A stretch of DNA of 64,000 nucleotides from Eledone cirrhosa (Eukaryota), in assembly GCA_964016885.1 (NCBI GenBank), contig OZ024744.1, positions 50,282,001-50,346,000 of the forward strand, read 5' to 3'. Position 1 is the first letter of the stretch. Each line of letters opens with the position of its first letter. A model generated the notes under the pieces. It had not been told where the DNA came from, ran no database searches, and worked only from the letters and a program-made list of their open reading frames with translations. Positions 35,801-50,800 of this stretch are shown here, piece after piece. Both the position numbers and the translations under genes were made by a program.

Positions 35801-38800
35801 CATCATTACATGTACCGTGTCCATCCTGTAAAGTGTTAGTGTTGGTGCCATACATACATGTACCCTGTCCATCCTGTAAAGTGTTAGTGTTGGTGCCATC
35901 ATTACATGTACCCTGTCCATCCTGTAAAGTGTTAGTGTTGGTGCCATCCTTACATGTACCCTGTCCATCCTGTAAAGTGTTAGTGTTGGTGCCATCATTA
36001 CATGTACCCTGACCACCCTGTAAAGTGTTAGTGTTGGTGCCATCATTACATGTACCCTGTCCATCCTGTAAAGTGTTAGTGTTGGTGCCATCATTAAATG
36101 TACCCTGTCCATCCTGTAAAGTGTTAGTGTTGATTCCATCATTACATGTACCCTGTCCATCCTGTAAAGTGTTAGTGTTGGTGCCATTATTAAATGTACC
36201 CTGTCCACCCTGTAAAGTATTAATGTTGGTGCCATCATTACATGTACCCTGTCCATCCTGTAAAGTATTAGTGTTGGTGCCATCATTAAATGTACCCTGT
36301 CCATCCTGTAAAGTGTTAGTGTTGGTGCCATTATTACATGTACCGTGTCCATCCTGTAAAGTGTTAGTGTTGGTGCCATCATTAAATGTACCCTGTCCAC
36401 CCTGTAAATTATTAATGTTGGTGCCATCATTACATGTACCCTGTCCATCCTGTAAAGTATTAGTGTTGGTGCCATCATTACATGTACCCTGTCCATCCTG
36501 TAAAGTGTTAGTGTTGGTGCCATCATTACATGTACCCTGTCCATCCTGTAAAGTGTTAGTGTTGGTGCCATCATTACATGTACCCTGTCCATCCTGTAAA
36601 GTGTTAGTGTTGGTGCCATCATTAAATGTACCCTGTCCACCCTGTAAAGTATTAATGTTGGTGCCATCATTACATGTACCCTGTCCATCCTGTAAAGTAT
36701 TAGTGTTGGTGCCATCATTAAATGTACCCTGTCCATCCTGTAAAGTGTTAGTGTTGGTGCCATCATTACATGTACCGTGTCCATCCTGTAAAGTGTTAGT
36801 GTTGGTGCCATCATTAAATGTACCCTGTCCACCCTGTAAATTATTAATGTTGGTGCCATCATTACATGTACCCTGTCCATCCTGTAAAGTGTTAGTGTTG
36901 GTGCCATCATTACATGTACCCTGTCCATCCTGTAAAGTGTTAGTGTTGGTGCCATCATTACATGTACCCTGTCCATCCTGTAAAGTGTTAGTGTTAGTGC
37001 CATCATTACATGTACCCTGACCACCCTGTAAAGTGTTAGTGTTGGTGCCATCATTAAATGTACCCTGTCCATCCTGTAAAGTGTTAGTGTTGATGCCATC
37101 ATTAAATGTACCCTGTCCATCCTGTAAAGTGTTAGTGTTGGTGCCATCATTACATGTACCCTGTCCATCCTGTAAAGTATTAGTGTTGGTGCCATCATTA
37201 AATGTACCCTGTCCATCCTGTAAAGTGTTAGTGTTGATGCCATCATTAAATGTACCCTGTCCATCCTGTAAAGTGTTAGTGTTGGTGCCATCATTACATG
37301 TACCCTGTCCATCCTGTAAAGTATTAGTGTTGGTGCCATCATTAAATGTACCCTGTCCATCCTGTAAAGTGTTAGTGTTGGTGCCATCATTAAATGTACC
37401 GTGTCCATCCTGTAAAGTGTAAGTGTTGGTGCCATACTTACATGTACCCTGTCCACCCTGTAAAGTGTTAGTGTTGGTGCCATCATTACATGTACCCTGT
37501 CCATCCTGTAAAGTGTTAGTGTTGGTGCCATCATTACATGTACCCTGTCCATCCTTTAAAGTGTTAGTGTTGGTGCCATCCTTACATGTACCCTGTCCAT
37601 CCTGTAAAGTGTTAGTGTTGGTGCCATCATTACATGTACCCTATCCATCCTGTAAAGTATTAGTGTTGGTGCCATCATTACATGTACCCTGTCCATCCTG
37701 TAAAGTGTTAGCGTTGGTGCCATCATTACATGTACCCTGTCCACCCTGTAAAGTATTAGTGTTGGTGCCATCATTACATGTACCCTGTCCACCCTGTAAA
37801 GTGTTAGTGTTGGTGCCATCATTACATGTATCCTGTCCATCCTGTAAAGTGTTAGTGTTGGTGCCATCATTACACGTACCCTGTCCATCCTGTAAAGTGT
37901 TAGTGTTGGTGCCATCATTACATGTACCCTGTCCATCCTGTAAAGTGTTAGTGTTGGTGCCATCATTACATGTTCCCTGTCCACCCTGTAAAGTGTTAGT
38001 GTTGGTGCCATCATTACATGTACCCTGCCCATCCTGTAAAGTGTTAGTGTTGGTGCCATCATTAAATGTACCCTGTCCATCCTGTAAAGTGTTAGTGTTG
38101 GTGCCATCATTACATGTACCCTGTCAATCCTGTAAAGTATTAGTGTTGGTGCCATCATTACATGTACCCTGTCCATCCTGTAAAGTGTTAGTGTTGGTGC
38201 CATCATTACATGTACCCTGTCCATCCTGTAATGTGTTAGTGTTGGTGCCATCATTACATGTACCCTGTCAATCCTGTAAAGGGTTAGTGTTGGTGCCATC
38301 ATTGCATGTACCCTGTCCACCCTGTAAAGTGTTAGTGTTGGTGCCATCATTACATGTACCCTGTCCACCCTGTAAAGTATTAGTGTTGGTGCCATCATTA
38401 CATCTACCCTGTCCACCCTGTAAAGTATTAGTGTTGGTGCCATCATTACATGTACCCTGTCCATCCTGTAAAGTGTTAGTGTTGGTGCCATCATTACATG
38501 TACCCTGTCCATCCTGTAAAGTATTAGTGTTGGTGCCATCATTAAATGTACCCTGTCCATCCTGTAAAGTGTTTGTGTTGGTGCCATCATTACATGTACC
38601 GTGTCCATCCTGTAAAGTGTTAGTGTTGGTGCCATACATACATGTACCCTGTCCATCCTGTAAAGTGTTAGTGTTGGTGCCATCATTACATGTACCCTGT
38701 CCATCCTGTAAAGTGTTAGTGTTGGTGCCATCCTTACATGTACCCTGTCCATCCTGTAAAGTGTTAGTGTTGGTGCCATCATTACATGTACCCTGACCAC

Positions 38801-41800
38801 CCTGTAAAGTGTTAGTGTTGGTGCCATCATTACATGTACCCTGTCCATCCTGTAAAGTGTTAGTGTTGGTGCCATCATTAAATGTACCCTGTCCATCCTG
38901 TAAAGTGTTAGTGTTGATTCCATCATTACATGTACCCTGTCCATCCTGTAAGGTGTTAGTGTTGGTGCCATCATTAAATGTACCCTGTCCACCCTGTAAA
39001 GTATTAATGTTGGTGCCTTCATTACATGTACCCTGTCCATCCTGTAAAGTATTAGTGTTGGTGCCATCATTAAATGTACCCTGTCCATCCTGTAAAGTGT
39101 TAGTGTTGGTGCCATCATTACATGTACCGTGTCCATCCTGTAAAGTGTTAGTGTTGGTGCCATACTTACATGTACCCTGTCCACCCTGTAAAGTGTTAGT
39201 GTTGGTGCCATCATTACATGTACCCTGTCCATCCTGTAAAGTGTTAGTGTTGGTGCCATCATTACATGTACCCTATCCACCCTGTAAAGTGTTAGTGTTG
39301 GTGCCATCATTACATGTACCCTGTCCATCCTGTAAAGTGTTAGTGTTGGTGCCATCATTACATGTACCCTGTCCATCCTGTAAAGTGTTAGTGTTGGTGC
39401 CATCATTACATGTACCCTATCCACCCTGTAAAGTGTTAGTGTTGGTGCCATCATTACATGTACCCTGTCCATCCTGTAAAGTGTTAGTGTTGGTGCCATC
39501 ATTACATGTACCGTGTCCATCCTGTAAAGTGTTAGTGTTGGTGCCATACTTACATGTACCCTGTCCACCCTGTAAAGTGTTAGTGTTTGTGCCATACTTA
39601 CATGTACCCTGTCCACCCTGTAAAGTGTTAGTGTTGGTGCCATCATTACATGTACCCTATCCACCCTGTAAAGTGTTAGTGTTGGTGCCATCATTACATG
39701 TACCCTGTCCATCCTGTAAAGTGTTAGTGTTGGTGCCATCATTACATGTACCCTGTCCACCCTGTAAAGTGTTAGTGTTGGTGCCATCATTACATGTACC
39801 CTGTCCATCCTGAAAAGTGTTAGTGTTGGTGTCATCATTACATGTATCCTGTCCATCCTGTAAAGTATTAGTGTTGGTGCCATACTTACATGTACCCTAT
39901 CCACCCTGTAAAGTGTTAGTGTTGGTGCCATCATTACATGTACCCTGTCCATCCTGTAAAGTGTTAGTGTTGGTGCCATCCTTACATGTACCCTGTCCAT
40001 CCTGTAAAGTGTTAGTGTTGGTGCCATCATTACATGTACCCTATCCATCCTGTGAAGTATTAGTGTTGGTGCCATCATTACATGTACCCTGTCCACCCTG
40101 TAAAGTGTTAGTGTTGGTGCCATCATTACATGTACCCTGTACATCCTGTAAAGTGTTAGTGTTGGTGCCATCCTTACATGTACCCTGTCCATCCTGTAAA
40201 GTGTTAGTGTTGGTGCCATCATTACATGTACCCTATCCATCCTGTGAAGTATTAGTGTTGGTGCCATCATTACATGTACCCTGTCCACCCTGTAAAGTGT
40301 TCGTGTTGGTGCCATCATTACATGTATCCTGTCCATCCTGTAAAGTGTTAGTGTTGGTGCCATCATTACATGTACCGTGTCCATCCTGTAAAGTGTTAGT
40401 GTTGGTGCCATCATTACATGTACCCTGTCCATCCTGTAAAGTATTAGTGTTGGTGCCATCCTTACATGTACCCTGTCCATCCTGTAAAGTGTTAGTGTTG
40501 GTGCCATCATTACATGTACCCTGTCAATCCTGTAAAGTATTAGTGTTGGTGCCATCATTACATGTACCCTGTACATCCTTTAAAGTGTTAGTGTTGGTGA
40601 CATCATTACATGTACCCTGTCCATCCTGTAATGTGTTAGTGTTGGTGCCATCATTACATGTACCCTGTCGACCCTGTAAAGTGTTAGTGTTGGTGCCATC
40701 ATTACATGTACCCTGTCCACCCTGTAAATTGTTAGTGTTGGTGCCATCATTACATGTACCCTGTCCACCCTGTAAAGTGTTAGTGTTGGTGCCATCACAA
40801 AATGTACCCTGTCCATCCTGTAAAGTGTTAGTGTTGGTGCCATCATTACATGTACCCTGTCCATCCTGTAAAGGGTTAGTGTTGTTGCCATCATTACATG
40901 TACCCTGTCCACCCTGTAAAGTGTTAGTGTTGGTGCCATCATTACATGTACCCTGTCCACCCTGTAAAGTGTTAGTGTTGGTGCCATCATTAAATGTACC
41001 CTGTCCATCCTGTAAAGTGTTAGTGTTGATGCCATCATTACATGTACCCTGTCCATCCTGTAAAGTGTTAGTGTTGGTGCCATCATTACATGTACCCTGT
41101 CCATCCTGTAAAGTGTTAGTGTTGGTGCCATCATTACATGTACCCTGTCCACCCTGTAAAGTGTTAGTGTTGGTGCCATCATTAAATGTACCCTGTCCAT
41201 CCTGTAAAGTGTTAGTGTTGATGCCATCATTACATGTACCCTGTCCATCCTGTAAAGTGTTAGTGTTGGTGCCATCCTTACATGTACCCTGTCCATCCTG
41301 TAAAGTGTTAGTGTTGGTGCCATCATTACATGTACCCTGTCCACCCTGGAAAGTATTAGTGTTGGTGCCATCATTACATGTAACCTGTCCATCCTGTAAA
41401 GTGTTAGTGTTGGTGCCATCATTAAATGTACCCTGTCCATCCTGTAAAGTGTTAGTGTTGGTGCCATCATTACATGTACCCTGTCCACCCTGGAAAGTAT
41501 TAGTGTTGGTGCCATCATTACATGTAACCTGTCCATCCTGTAAAGTGTTAGTGTTGGTGCCATCATTACATGTACCCTGTCCATCCTGTAAAGTGTTAGT
41601 GTTGGTGCCATCATTACATGTACCCTGTCCACCCTGGAAAGTATTAGTGTTGGTGCCATCATTACATGTAACCTGTCCATCCTGTAAAGTGTTAGTGTTG
41701 GTGCCATCATTAAATGTACCCTGTCCATCCTGTAAAGTGTTAGTGTTGGTGCCATCATTACATGTACCCTGTCCACCCTGGAAAGTATTAGTGTTGGTGC

Positions 41801-44800
41801 CATCATTACATGTAACCTGTCCATCCTGTAAAGTGTTAGTGTTGGTGCCATCATTACATGTACCCTGTCCATCCTGTAAAGTGTTAGTGTTGGTGCCATC
41901 ATTACATGTACCCTGTCCACCCTGTAAAGTATTAGTGTTGGTGCCATCATTACATGTACCCTGTCCATCCTGTAAAGTGTTAGTGTTGGTGCCATCATTA
42001 CATGTACCCTGTCCATCCTGTAAAGTGTTAGTGTTGGTGCCATCCTTACATGTACCCTGTCCACCCTGTAAAGTGTTAGTGTTGGTGCCATCATTACATG
42101 TACCCTGTCCATCCTGTAAAGTGTTAGTGTTGATGCCATCATTACATGTACCCTGTCCATCCTGTAAAGTGTTAGTGTTGGTGCCATCATTATATGTACC
42201 CTGTCCATCCTGTAAAGTGTTAGTGTTGGTGCCATCCTTACATGTACCCTGTCCATCCTGTAAAGTGTTAGTGTTGGTGCCATCATTAAATGTACCCTGT
42301 CCACCCTGTAAAGTATTAATATTGGTGCCATCATTACATGTACCCTGTCCATCCTGTAAAGTGTTAGTGTTGGTGCCATCATTACATGTACCGTGTCCAT
42401 CCTGTAAAGTGTTAGTGTTGGTGCCATCATTACATGTACCCTGTCCACCCTGTAAAGTATTAGTGTTGGTGCCATCATTAAATGTACCCTGTCCACCCTG
42501 TAAAGTATTAATATTGGTGCCATCATTACATGTACCCTGTCCATCCTGTAAAGTGTTAGTGTTGGTGCCATCATTACATGTACCCTGTCCATCCTGTAAA
42601 GTGTTAGTGTTGGTGCCATCATTACATGTACCCTGTCCACCCTGTAAAGTATTAGTGTTGGTGCCATCATTAAATGTACCCTGTCCATCCTGTAAAGTGT
42701 TAGTGTTGGTGCCATCATTACATGTACCGTGTCCATCCTGTAAAGTGTTAGTGTTGGTGCCATACTTACATGTACCCTGTCCACCCTGTAAAGTGTTAGT
42801 GTTGGTGCCATCATTACATGTACCCTGTCCATCCTGTAAAGTGTTAGTGTTGATGCCATCATTACATATACCCTGTCCATCCTGTAAAGTGTTAGTGTTG
42901 ATTCCATCATTACATGTACCCTGTCCATCCTGTAAAGTGTTAGTGTTGGTGCCATCATTACATGTACCCTGTCCACCCTGTAAAGTGTTAGTGTTGGTGC
43001 CATCATTACATGTACCCTGTCCATCCTGTAAAGTGTTAGTGTTGGTGCCATCCTTACATGTACCCTGTCCATCCTGTAAAGTGTTAGTGTTGGTGCCATC
43101 ATTACATGTACCCTGACCACCCTGTAAAGTGTTAGTGTTGGTGCCATCATTACATGTACCCTGTCCATCCTGTAAAGTGTTAGTGTAGGTGCCATCATTA
43201 AATGTACCCTGTCCATCCTGTAAAGTGTTAGTGTTGATTCCATCATTACATGTACCCTGTCCACCCTGTAAAGTATTAATGTTGGTGCCATCATTACATG
43301 TACCCTGTCCATCCTGTAAAGTATTAGTGTTGGTGCCATCATTAAATGTACCCTGTCCATCCTGTAAAGTGTTAGTGTTGGTGCCATCATTACATGTACC
43401 GTGTCCATCCTGTAAAGTGTTAGTGTTGGTGCCATACTTACATGTACCCTGTCCACCCTGTAAAGTGTTAGTGTTGGTGCCATCATTACATGTACCCTGT
43501 CCATCCTGTAAAGTGTTAGTGTTGGTGCCATCATTACATATACCCTGTCCACCCTGTAAAGTATTAATGTTGGTGCCATCATTAAATGTACCCTGTCCAT
43601 CCTGTAAAGTGTTAGTGTTGGTGCCATCATTACATATACCCTGTCCATCCTGTAAAGTGTTAGTGTTGGTGACATCATTACATGTACCCTGTCCATCCGG
43701 TAAAGTGTTAGTGTTGGTGCCATACTTACATGTACCCTGTCCATCCTGTAAAGTGTTAGTGTTGGTGCCATCATTACATGTACCCTGTCCATCCTGTAAA
43801 GTGTTAGTGTTGGTGCCATCCTTACATGTACACTGTCCACCCTGTAAAGTGTTAGAGTTGGTGCCATCATTACATGTACCCTATCCATCCTGTAAAGTAT
43901 TAGTGTTGGTGCCATCATTACATGTACCCTGTCCATCCTGTAAAGTGTTAGCGTTGGTGCCATCATTACATGTACCCTGTCCACCCTGTAAAGTATTAGT
44001 GTTGGTGCCATCATTACATGTACCCTGTCCACCCTGTAAAGTGTTAGTGTTGGTGCCATCATTACATGTACCCTGTCCATCCTGTAAAGTGTTAGTATTG
44101 GTGCCATTATTACACGTACCCTGTCCATCCTGTAAAGTGTTAGTGTTGGTGCCATCATTACAGGTACCCTGTCCATCCTGTAAAGTGTTAGTGTTGGTGC
44201 CATCATTACATGTACCCTGTCCACCCTGTAAAGGGTTAGTGTTGGTGCCATCATTACATGTACCCTGTCCATCCTGTAAAGTGTTAGTGTTGGTGCCATC
44301 ATTAAATGTACCCTGTCCATCCTGTAAAGTGTTCGTGTTGGTGCCATCATTACATGTATCCTGTCCATCCTGTAAAGTGTTAGTGTTGGTGCCATCCTTA
44401 CATGTACCCTGTCCATCCTGTAAAGTATTAGTGTTGGTGCCATCATTACATGTACCCTGTCCATCCTGTAAAGTGTTAGTGTTGGTGCCATCATTACATG
44501 TACCCTGTCCATCCTGTAAAGTGTTCGTGTTGGTGCCATCATTACATGTACCCTGTCAATCCTGTAAAGTATTAGTGTTGGTGCCATCATTACATGTACC
44601 CTGTCCATCCTGTAAAGTGTTAGTGTTGGTGCCATCATTAAATGTACCCTGTCCATCCTGTAAAGTATTAGTGTTGGTGCCATCATTAAATGTACCCTGT
44701 CCATCCTGTAAAGTGTTAGTGTTGGTGCCATCATTACATGTACCCTGTCCATCCTGTAAAGTGTTAGTGTTGGTGCCATCATTAAATGTACCCTGTCCAT

Positions 44801-47800
44801 CCTGTAAAGTGTTAGTGTTGGTGCCATCATTACATGTACCCTGTCCATCCTGTAAAGTGTTCGTGTTGGTGCCATCATTACATGTATCCTGTCCATCCTG
44901 TAAAGTGTTAGGGTTGGTGCCATCCTTACATGTACCCTGTCCATCCTGTAAAGTATTAGTGTTGGTGCCATCATTACATGTACCCTGTCCATCCTGTAAA
45001 GTGTTAGTGTTGGTGCCATCATTACATGTACCCTGTCCATCCTGTAAAGTGTTCGTGTTGGTGCCATCATTACATGTACCCTGTCAATCCTGTAAAGTAT
45101 TAGTGTTGGTGCCATCATTACATGTACCCTGTCCACCCTGTAAAGTATTAATGTTGGTGCCATCATTACATGTACCCTGTCCATCCTGTAAAGTATTAGT
45201 GTTGGTGCCATCATTAAATGTACCCTGTCCATCCTGTAAAGTGTTAGTGTTGGTGCCATCATTACATGTACCGTGTCCATCCTGTAAAGTGTTAGTGTTG
45301 GTGCCATACTTACATGTACCCTGTCCACCCTGTAAAGTGTTAGTGTTGGTGCCATCATTACATGTACCCTGTCCATCCTGTAAAGTGTTAGTGTTGGTGC
45401 CATCATTACATATACCCTGTCCACCCTGTAAAGTATTAATGTTGGTGCCATCATTAAATGTACCCTGTCCATCCTGTAAAGTGTTAGTGTTGGTGCCATC
45501 ATTACATATACCCTGTCCATCCTGTAAAGTGTTAGTGTTGGTGACATCATTACATGTACCCTGTCCATCCTGTAAAGTGTTAGTGTTGGTGCCATACTTA
45601 CATGTACCCTGTCCATCCTGTAAAGTGTTAGTGTTGGTGCCATCATTACATGTACCCTGTCCATCCTGTAAAGTGTTAGTGTTGGTGCCATCCTTACATG
45701 TACACTGTCCACCCTGTAAAGTGTTAGAGTTGGTGCCATCATTACATGTACCCTATCCATCCTGTAAAGTATTAGTGTTGGTGCCATCATTACATGTACC
45801 CTGTCCATCCTGTAAAGTGTTAGCGTTGGTGCCATCATTACATGTACCCTGTCCACCCTGTAAAGTATTAGTGTTGGTGCCATCATTACATGTACCCTGT
45901 CCACCCTGTAAAGTGTTAGTGTTGGTGCCATCATTACATGTACCCTGTCCATCCTGTAAAGTGTTAGTATTGGTGCCATTATTACACGTACCCTGTCCAT
46001 CCTGTAAAGTGTTAGTGTTGGTGCCATCATTACAGGTACCCTGTCCATCCTGTAAAGTGTTAGTGTTGGTGCCATCATTACATGTACCCTGTCCACCCTG
46101 TAAAGGGTTAGTGTTGGTGCCATCATTACATGTACCCTGTCCATCCTGTAAAGTGTTAGTGTTGGTGCCATCATTAAATGTACCCTGTCCATCCTGTAAA
46201 GTGTTAGTGTTGGTGCCATCATTACATGTACCCTGTCCATCCTGTAAAGTGTTAGTGTTGGTGCCATCATTAAATGTACCCTGTCCATCCTGTAAAGTGT
46301 TCGTGTTGGTGCCATCATTACATGTATCCTGTCCATCCTGTAAAGTGTTAGTGTTGGTGCCATCCTTACATGTACCCTGTCCATCCTGTAAAGTATTAGT
46401 GTTGGTGCCATCATTACATGTACCCTGTCCATCCTGTAAAGTGTTAGTGTTGGTGCCATCATTACATGTACCCTGTCCATCCTGTAAAGTGTTCGTGTTG
46501 GTGCCATCATTACATGTACCCTGTCAATCCTGTAAAGTATTAGTGTTGGTGCCATCATTACATGTACCCTGTACATCCTTTAAAGTGTTAGTGTTGGTGC
46601 CATCATTACATGTACCCTGTCCATCCTGTAATGTGTTAGTGTTGGTGCCATCATTACATGTACCCTGTCGACCCTGTAAAGTGTTAGTGTTGGTGCCATC
46701 ATTACATGTACCCTGTCCACCCTGTAAATTGTTAGTGTTGGTGCCATCATTACATGTACCCTGTCCACCCTGTAAAGTGTTAGTGTTGGTGCCATCACTA
46801 AATGTACCCTGTCCATCCTGTAAAGTGTTAGTGTTGGTGCCATCATTAAATGTACCCTGTCCATCCTGTAAAGTGTTAGTGTTGGTGCCATCATTACATG
46901 TACCCTGTCCATCCTGTAAAGTGTTCGTGTTGGTGCCATCATTACATGTATCCTGTCCATCCTGTAAAGTGTTAGTGTTGGTGCCATCCTTACATGTACC
47001 CTGTCCATCCTGTAAAGTATTAGTGTTGGTGCCATCATTACATGTACCCTGTCCATCCTGTAAAGTGTTAGTGTTGGTGCCATCATTACATGTACCCTGT
47101 CCATCCTGTAAAGTGTTCGTGTTGGTGCCATCATTACATGTACCCTGTCAATCCTGTAAAGTATTAGTGTTGGTGCCATCATTACATGTACCCTGTCCAC
47201 CCTGTAAAGTATTAATGTTGGTGCCATCATTACATGTACCCTGTCCATCCTGTAAAGTATTAGTGTTGGTGCCATCATTAAATGTACCCTGTCCATCCTG
47301 TAAAGTGTTAGTGTTGGTGCCATCATTACATGTACCGTGTCCATCCTGTAAAGTGTTAGTGTTGGTGCCATACTTACATGTACCCTGTCCACCCTGTAAA
47401 GTGTTAGTGTTGGTGCCATCATTACATGTACCCTGTCCATCCTGTAAAGTGTTAGTGTTGGTGCCATCATTACATATACCCTGTCCACCCTGTAAAGTAT
47501 TAATGTTGGTGCCATCATTAAATGTACCCTGTCCATCCTGTAAAGTGTTAGTGTTGGTGCCATCATTACATATACCCTGTCCATCCTGTAAAGTGTTAGT
47601 GTTGGTGACATCATTACATGTACCCTGTCCATCCTGTAAAGTGTTAGTGTTGGTGCCATACTTACATGTACCCTGTCCATCCTGTAAAGTGTTAGTGTTG
47701 GTGCCATCATTACATGTACCCTGTCCATCCTGTAAAGTGTTAGTGTTGGTGCCATCCTTACATGTACACTGTCCACCCTGTAAAGTGTTAGAGTTGCTGC

Positions 47801-50800
47801 CATCATTACATGTACCCTATCCATCCTGTAAAGTATTAGTGTTGGTGCCATCATTACATGTACCCTGTCCATCCTGTAAAGTGTTAGCGTTGGTGCCATC
47901 ATTACATGTACCCTGTCCACCCTGTAAAGTATTAGTGTTGGTGCCATCATTACATGTACCCTGTCCACCCTGTAAAGTGTTAGTGTTGGTGCCATCATTA
48001 CATGTACCCTGTCCATCCTGTAAAGTGTTAGTATTGGTGCCATTATTACACGTACCCTGTCCATCCTGTAAAGTGTTAGTGTTGGTGCCATCATTACAGG
48101 TACCCTGTCCATCCTGTAAAGTGTTAGTGTTGGTGCCATCATTACATGTACCCTGTCCACCCTGTAAAGGGTTAGTGTTGGTGCCATCATTACATGTACC
48201 CTGTCCATCCTGTAAAGTGTTAGTGTTGGTGCCATCATTAAATGTACCCTGTCCATCCTGTAAAGTGTTAGTGTTGGTGCCATCATTACATGTACCCTGT
48301 CCATCCTGTAAAGTGTTAGTGTTGGTGCCATCATTAAATGTACCCTGTCCATCCTGTAAAGTGTTCGTGTTGGTGCCATCATTACATGTATCCTGTCCAT
48401 CCTGTAAAGTGTTAGTGTTGGTGCCATCCTTACATGTACCCTGTCCATCCTGTAAAGTATTAGTGTTGGTGCCATCATTACATGTACCCTGTCCATCCTG
48501 TAAAGTGTTAGTGTTGGTGCCATCATTACATGTACCCTGTCCATCCTGTAAAGTGTTCGTGTTGGTGCCATCATTACATGTACCCTGTCAATCCTGTAAA
48601 GTATTAGTGTTGGTGCCATCATTACATGTACCCTGTACATCCTTTAAAGTGTTAGTGTTGGTGCCATCATTACATGTACCCTGTCCATCCTGTAATGTGT
48701 TAGTGTTGGTGCCATCATTACATGTACCCTGTCGACCCTGTAAAGTGTTAGTGTTGGTGCCATCATTACATGTACCCTGTCCACCCTGTAAATTGTTAGT
48801 GTTGGTGCCATCATTACATGTACCCTGTCCACCCTGTAAAGTGTTAGTGTTGGTGCCATCACTAAATGTACCCTGTCCATCCTGTAAAGTGTTAGTGTTT
48901 GTGCCATCATTACATGTACCCTGTCCATCCTGTAAAAGGGTTAGTGTTGGTGCCATCATTACATGTACCCTGTCCACCCTGTAAAGTGTTAGTGTTGGTG
49001 CCATCATTACATGTACCCTGTCCACCCTGTAAAGTGTTAGTGTTGGTGCCATCATTACATGTACCCTGTCCATCCTGTAAAGTGTTAGTGTTGGTGCCAT
49101 CATTACATGTACCCTGTCCACCCTGTAAAATGTTAGTGTTGGTGCCATCATTAAATGTACCCTGTCCATCCTGTAAAGAGTTAGTGTTGATGCCATCATT
49201 ACATGTACCCTGTCCATCCTGTAAAGTGTTAGTGTTGATTCCATCATTACATGTACCCTGTCCATCCTGTAAAGTGTTAGTGTTGGTGCCATCATTACAT
49301 GTACCCTGTCCATCCTGTAAAGGGTTAGTGTTGATTCCATCATTACATGTACCCTGTCCATCCTGTAAAGTGTTAGTGTTGGTGCCATCATTAAATGTAC
49401 CCTGTCCACCCTGTAAAGTATTAATGTTGGTGCCATCATTACATGTACCCTGTCCATCCTGTAAAGTAATAGTGTTGGTGCCATCATTAAATGTACCCTG
49501 TCCATCCTGTAAAGTGTTAGTGTTGGTGCCATCATTACATGTACCGTGTCCATCCTGTAAAGTGTTAGTGTTGGTGCCATCATTACATGTACCCTGTCCA
49601 TCCTGTAAAGTGTTAGTGTTGGTGCCATCATTACATGTACCCTGTCCATCCTGTAAAGTGTTAGTGTTGGTGCCATCCTTACATGTACACTGTCCATCCT
49701 GTAAAGTGTTAGAGTTGGTGCCATCATTACATGTACCCTATCCATCCTGTAAAGTATTAGTGTTGGTGCCATCATTACATTACCCTGTCCATCCTGTAAA
49801 GTGTTAGCGTTGGTGCCATCATTACATGTACCCTGTCCACCCTGTAAAGTATTAGTGTTGGTGCCATCATTACATGTACCCTGTCCACCCTGTAAAGTGT
49901 TAGTGTTGGTGCCATCATTACATGTACCCTGTCCATCCTGTAAAGTGTTAGTGTTGGTGCCATACTTACATGTACCCTGTCCATCCTGTAAAGTGTTAGT
50001 GTTGGTGCCATTATTACACGTACCCTGTCCATCCTGTAAAGTGTTAGTGTTGGTGCCATCATTACATGTACCCTGTCCATCCTGTAAAGTGTTAGTGTTG
50101 GTGCCATCATTACATGTACCCTGTCCATCCTGTAAGGTGTTAGTGTTGGTGCCATCATTACATGAACCCTGTCCATCGTGTAAAGGGTTAGTGTTGGTGC
50201 CATCATTACATGTACCCTGTCCACCCTGTAAAGTATTAGTGTTGGTGCCATCATTACATCTACCCTGTCCACCCTGTAAAGTATTAGTGTTGATGCCATC
50301 ATTACATGTACCCTGTCCATCCTGTAAAGTATTAGTGTTGGTGCCATCATTAAATGTACCCTGTCCATCCTGTAAAGTGTTAGTGTTGGTGCTATCATTG
50401 CATGTACCCTGTCCATCCTGTAAAGTGTTAGTGTTGGTGCCATCATTACATGTACCCTGTCATCCTGGAAAGTGTTAGTTTTGATGCAATCATTACATGT
50501 ACCCTGTCCATCCTGTAAAGTATTAGTGTCGGTGCCATCATTACATGTACCCTGTCCATCCTGTAAAGTATTAGTGTTGGTGTCATCATTACATGTACCC
50601 TGTCCATCCTGTAAAGTGTTAGTGTTGGTGCCATCATTACATGTACCCTGTCCATCCTGTAAAGTGTTAGTGTTTGTGCCATCATTACATGTACCCTGTC
50701 CACCCTGTAAAGTATTAGTGTTGGTGCCATCATTACATGTACCCTGTCCACCCTGTAAAGTATTAGTGTTGGTGCCATCATTACATGTACCCTGTCCACC

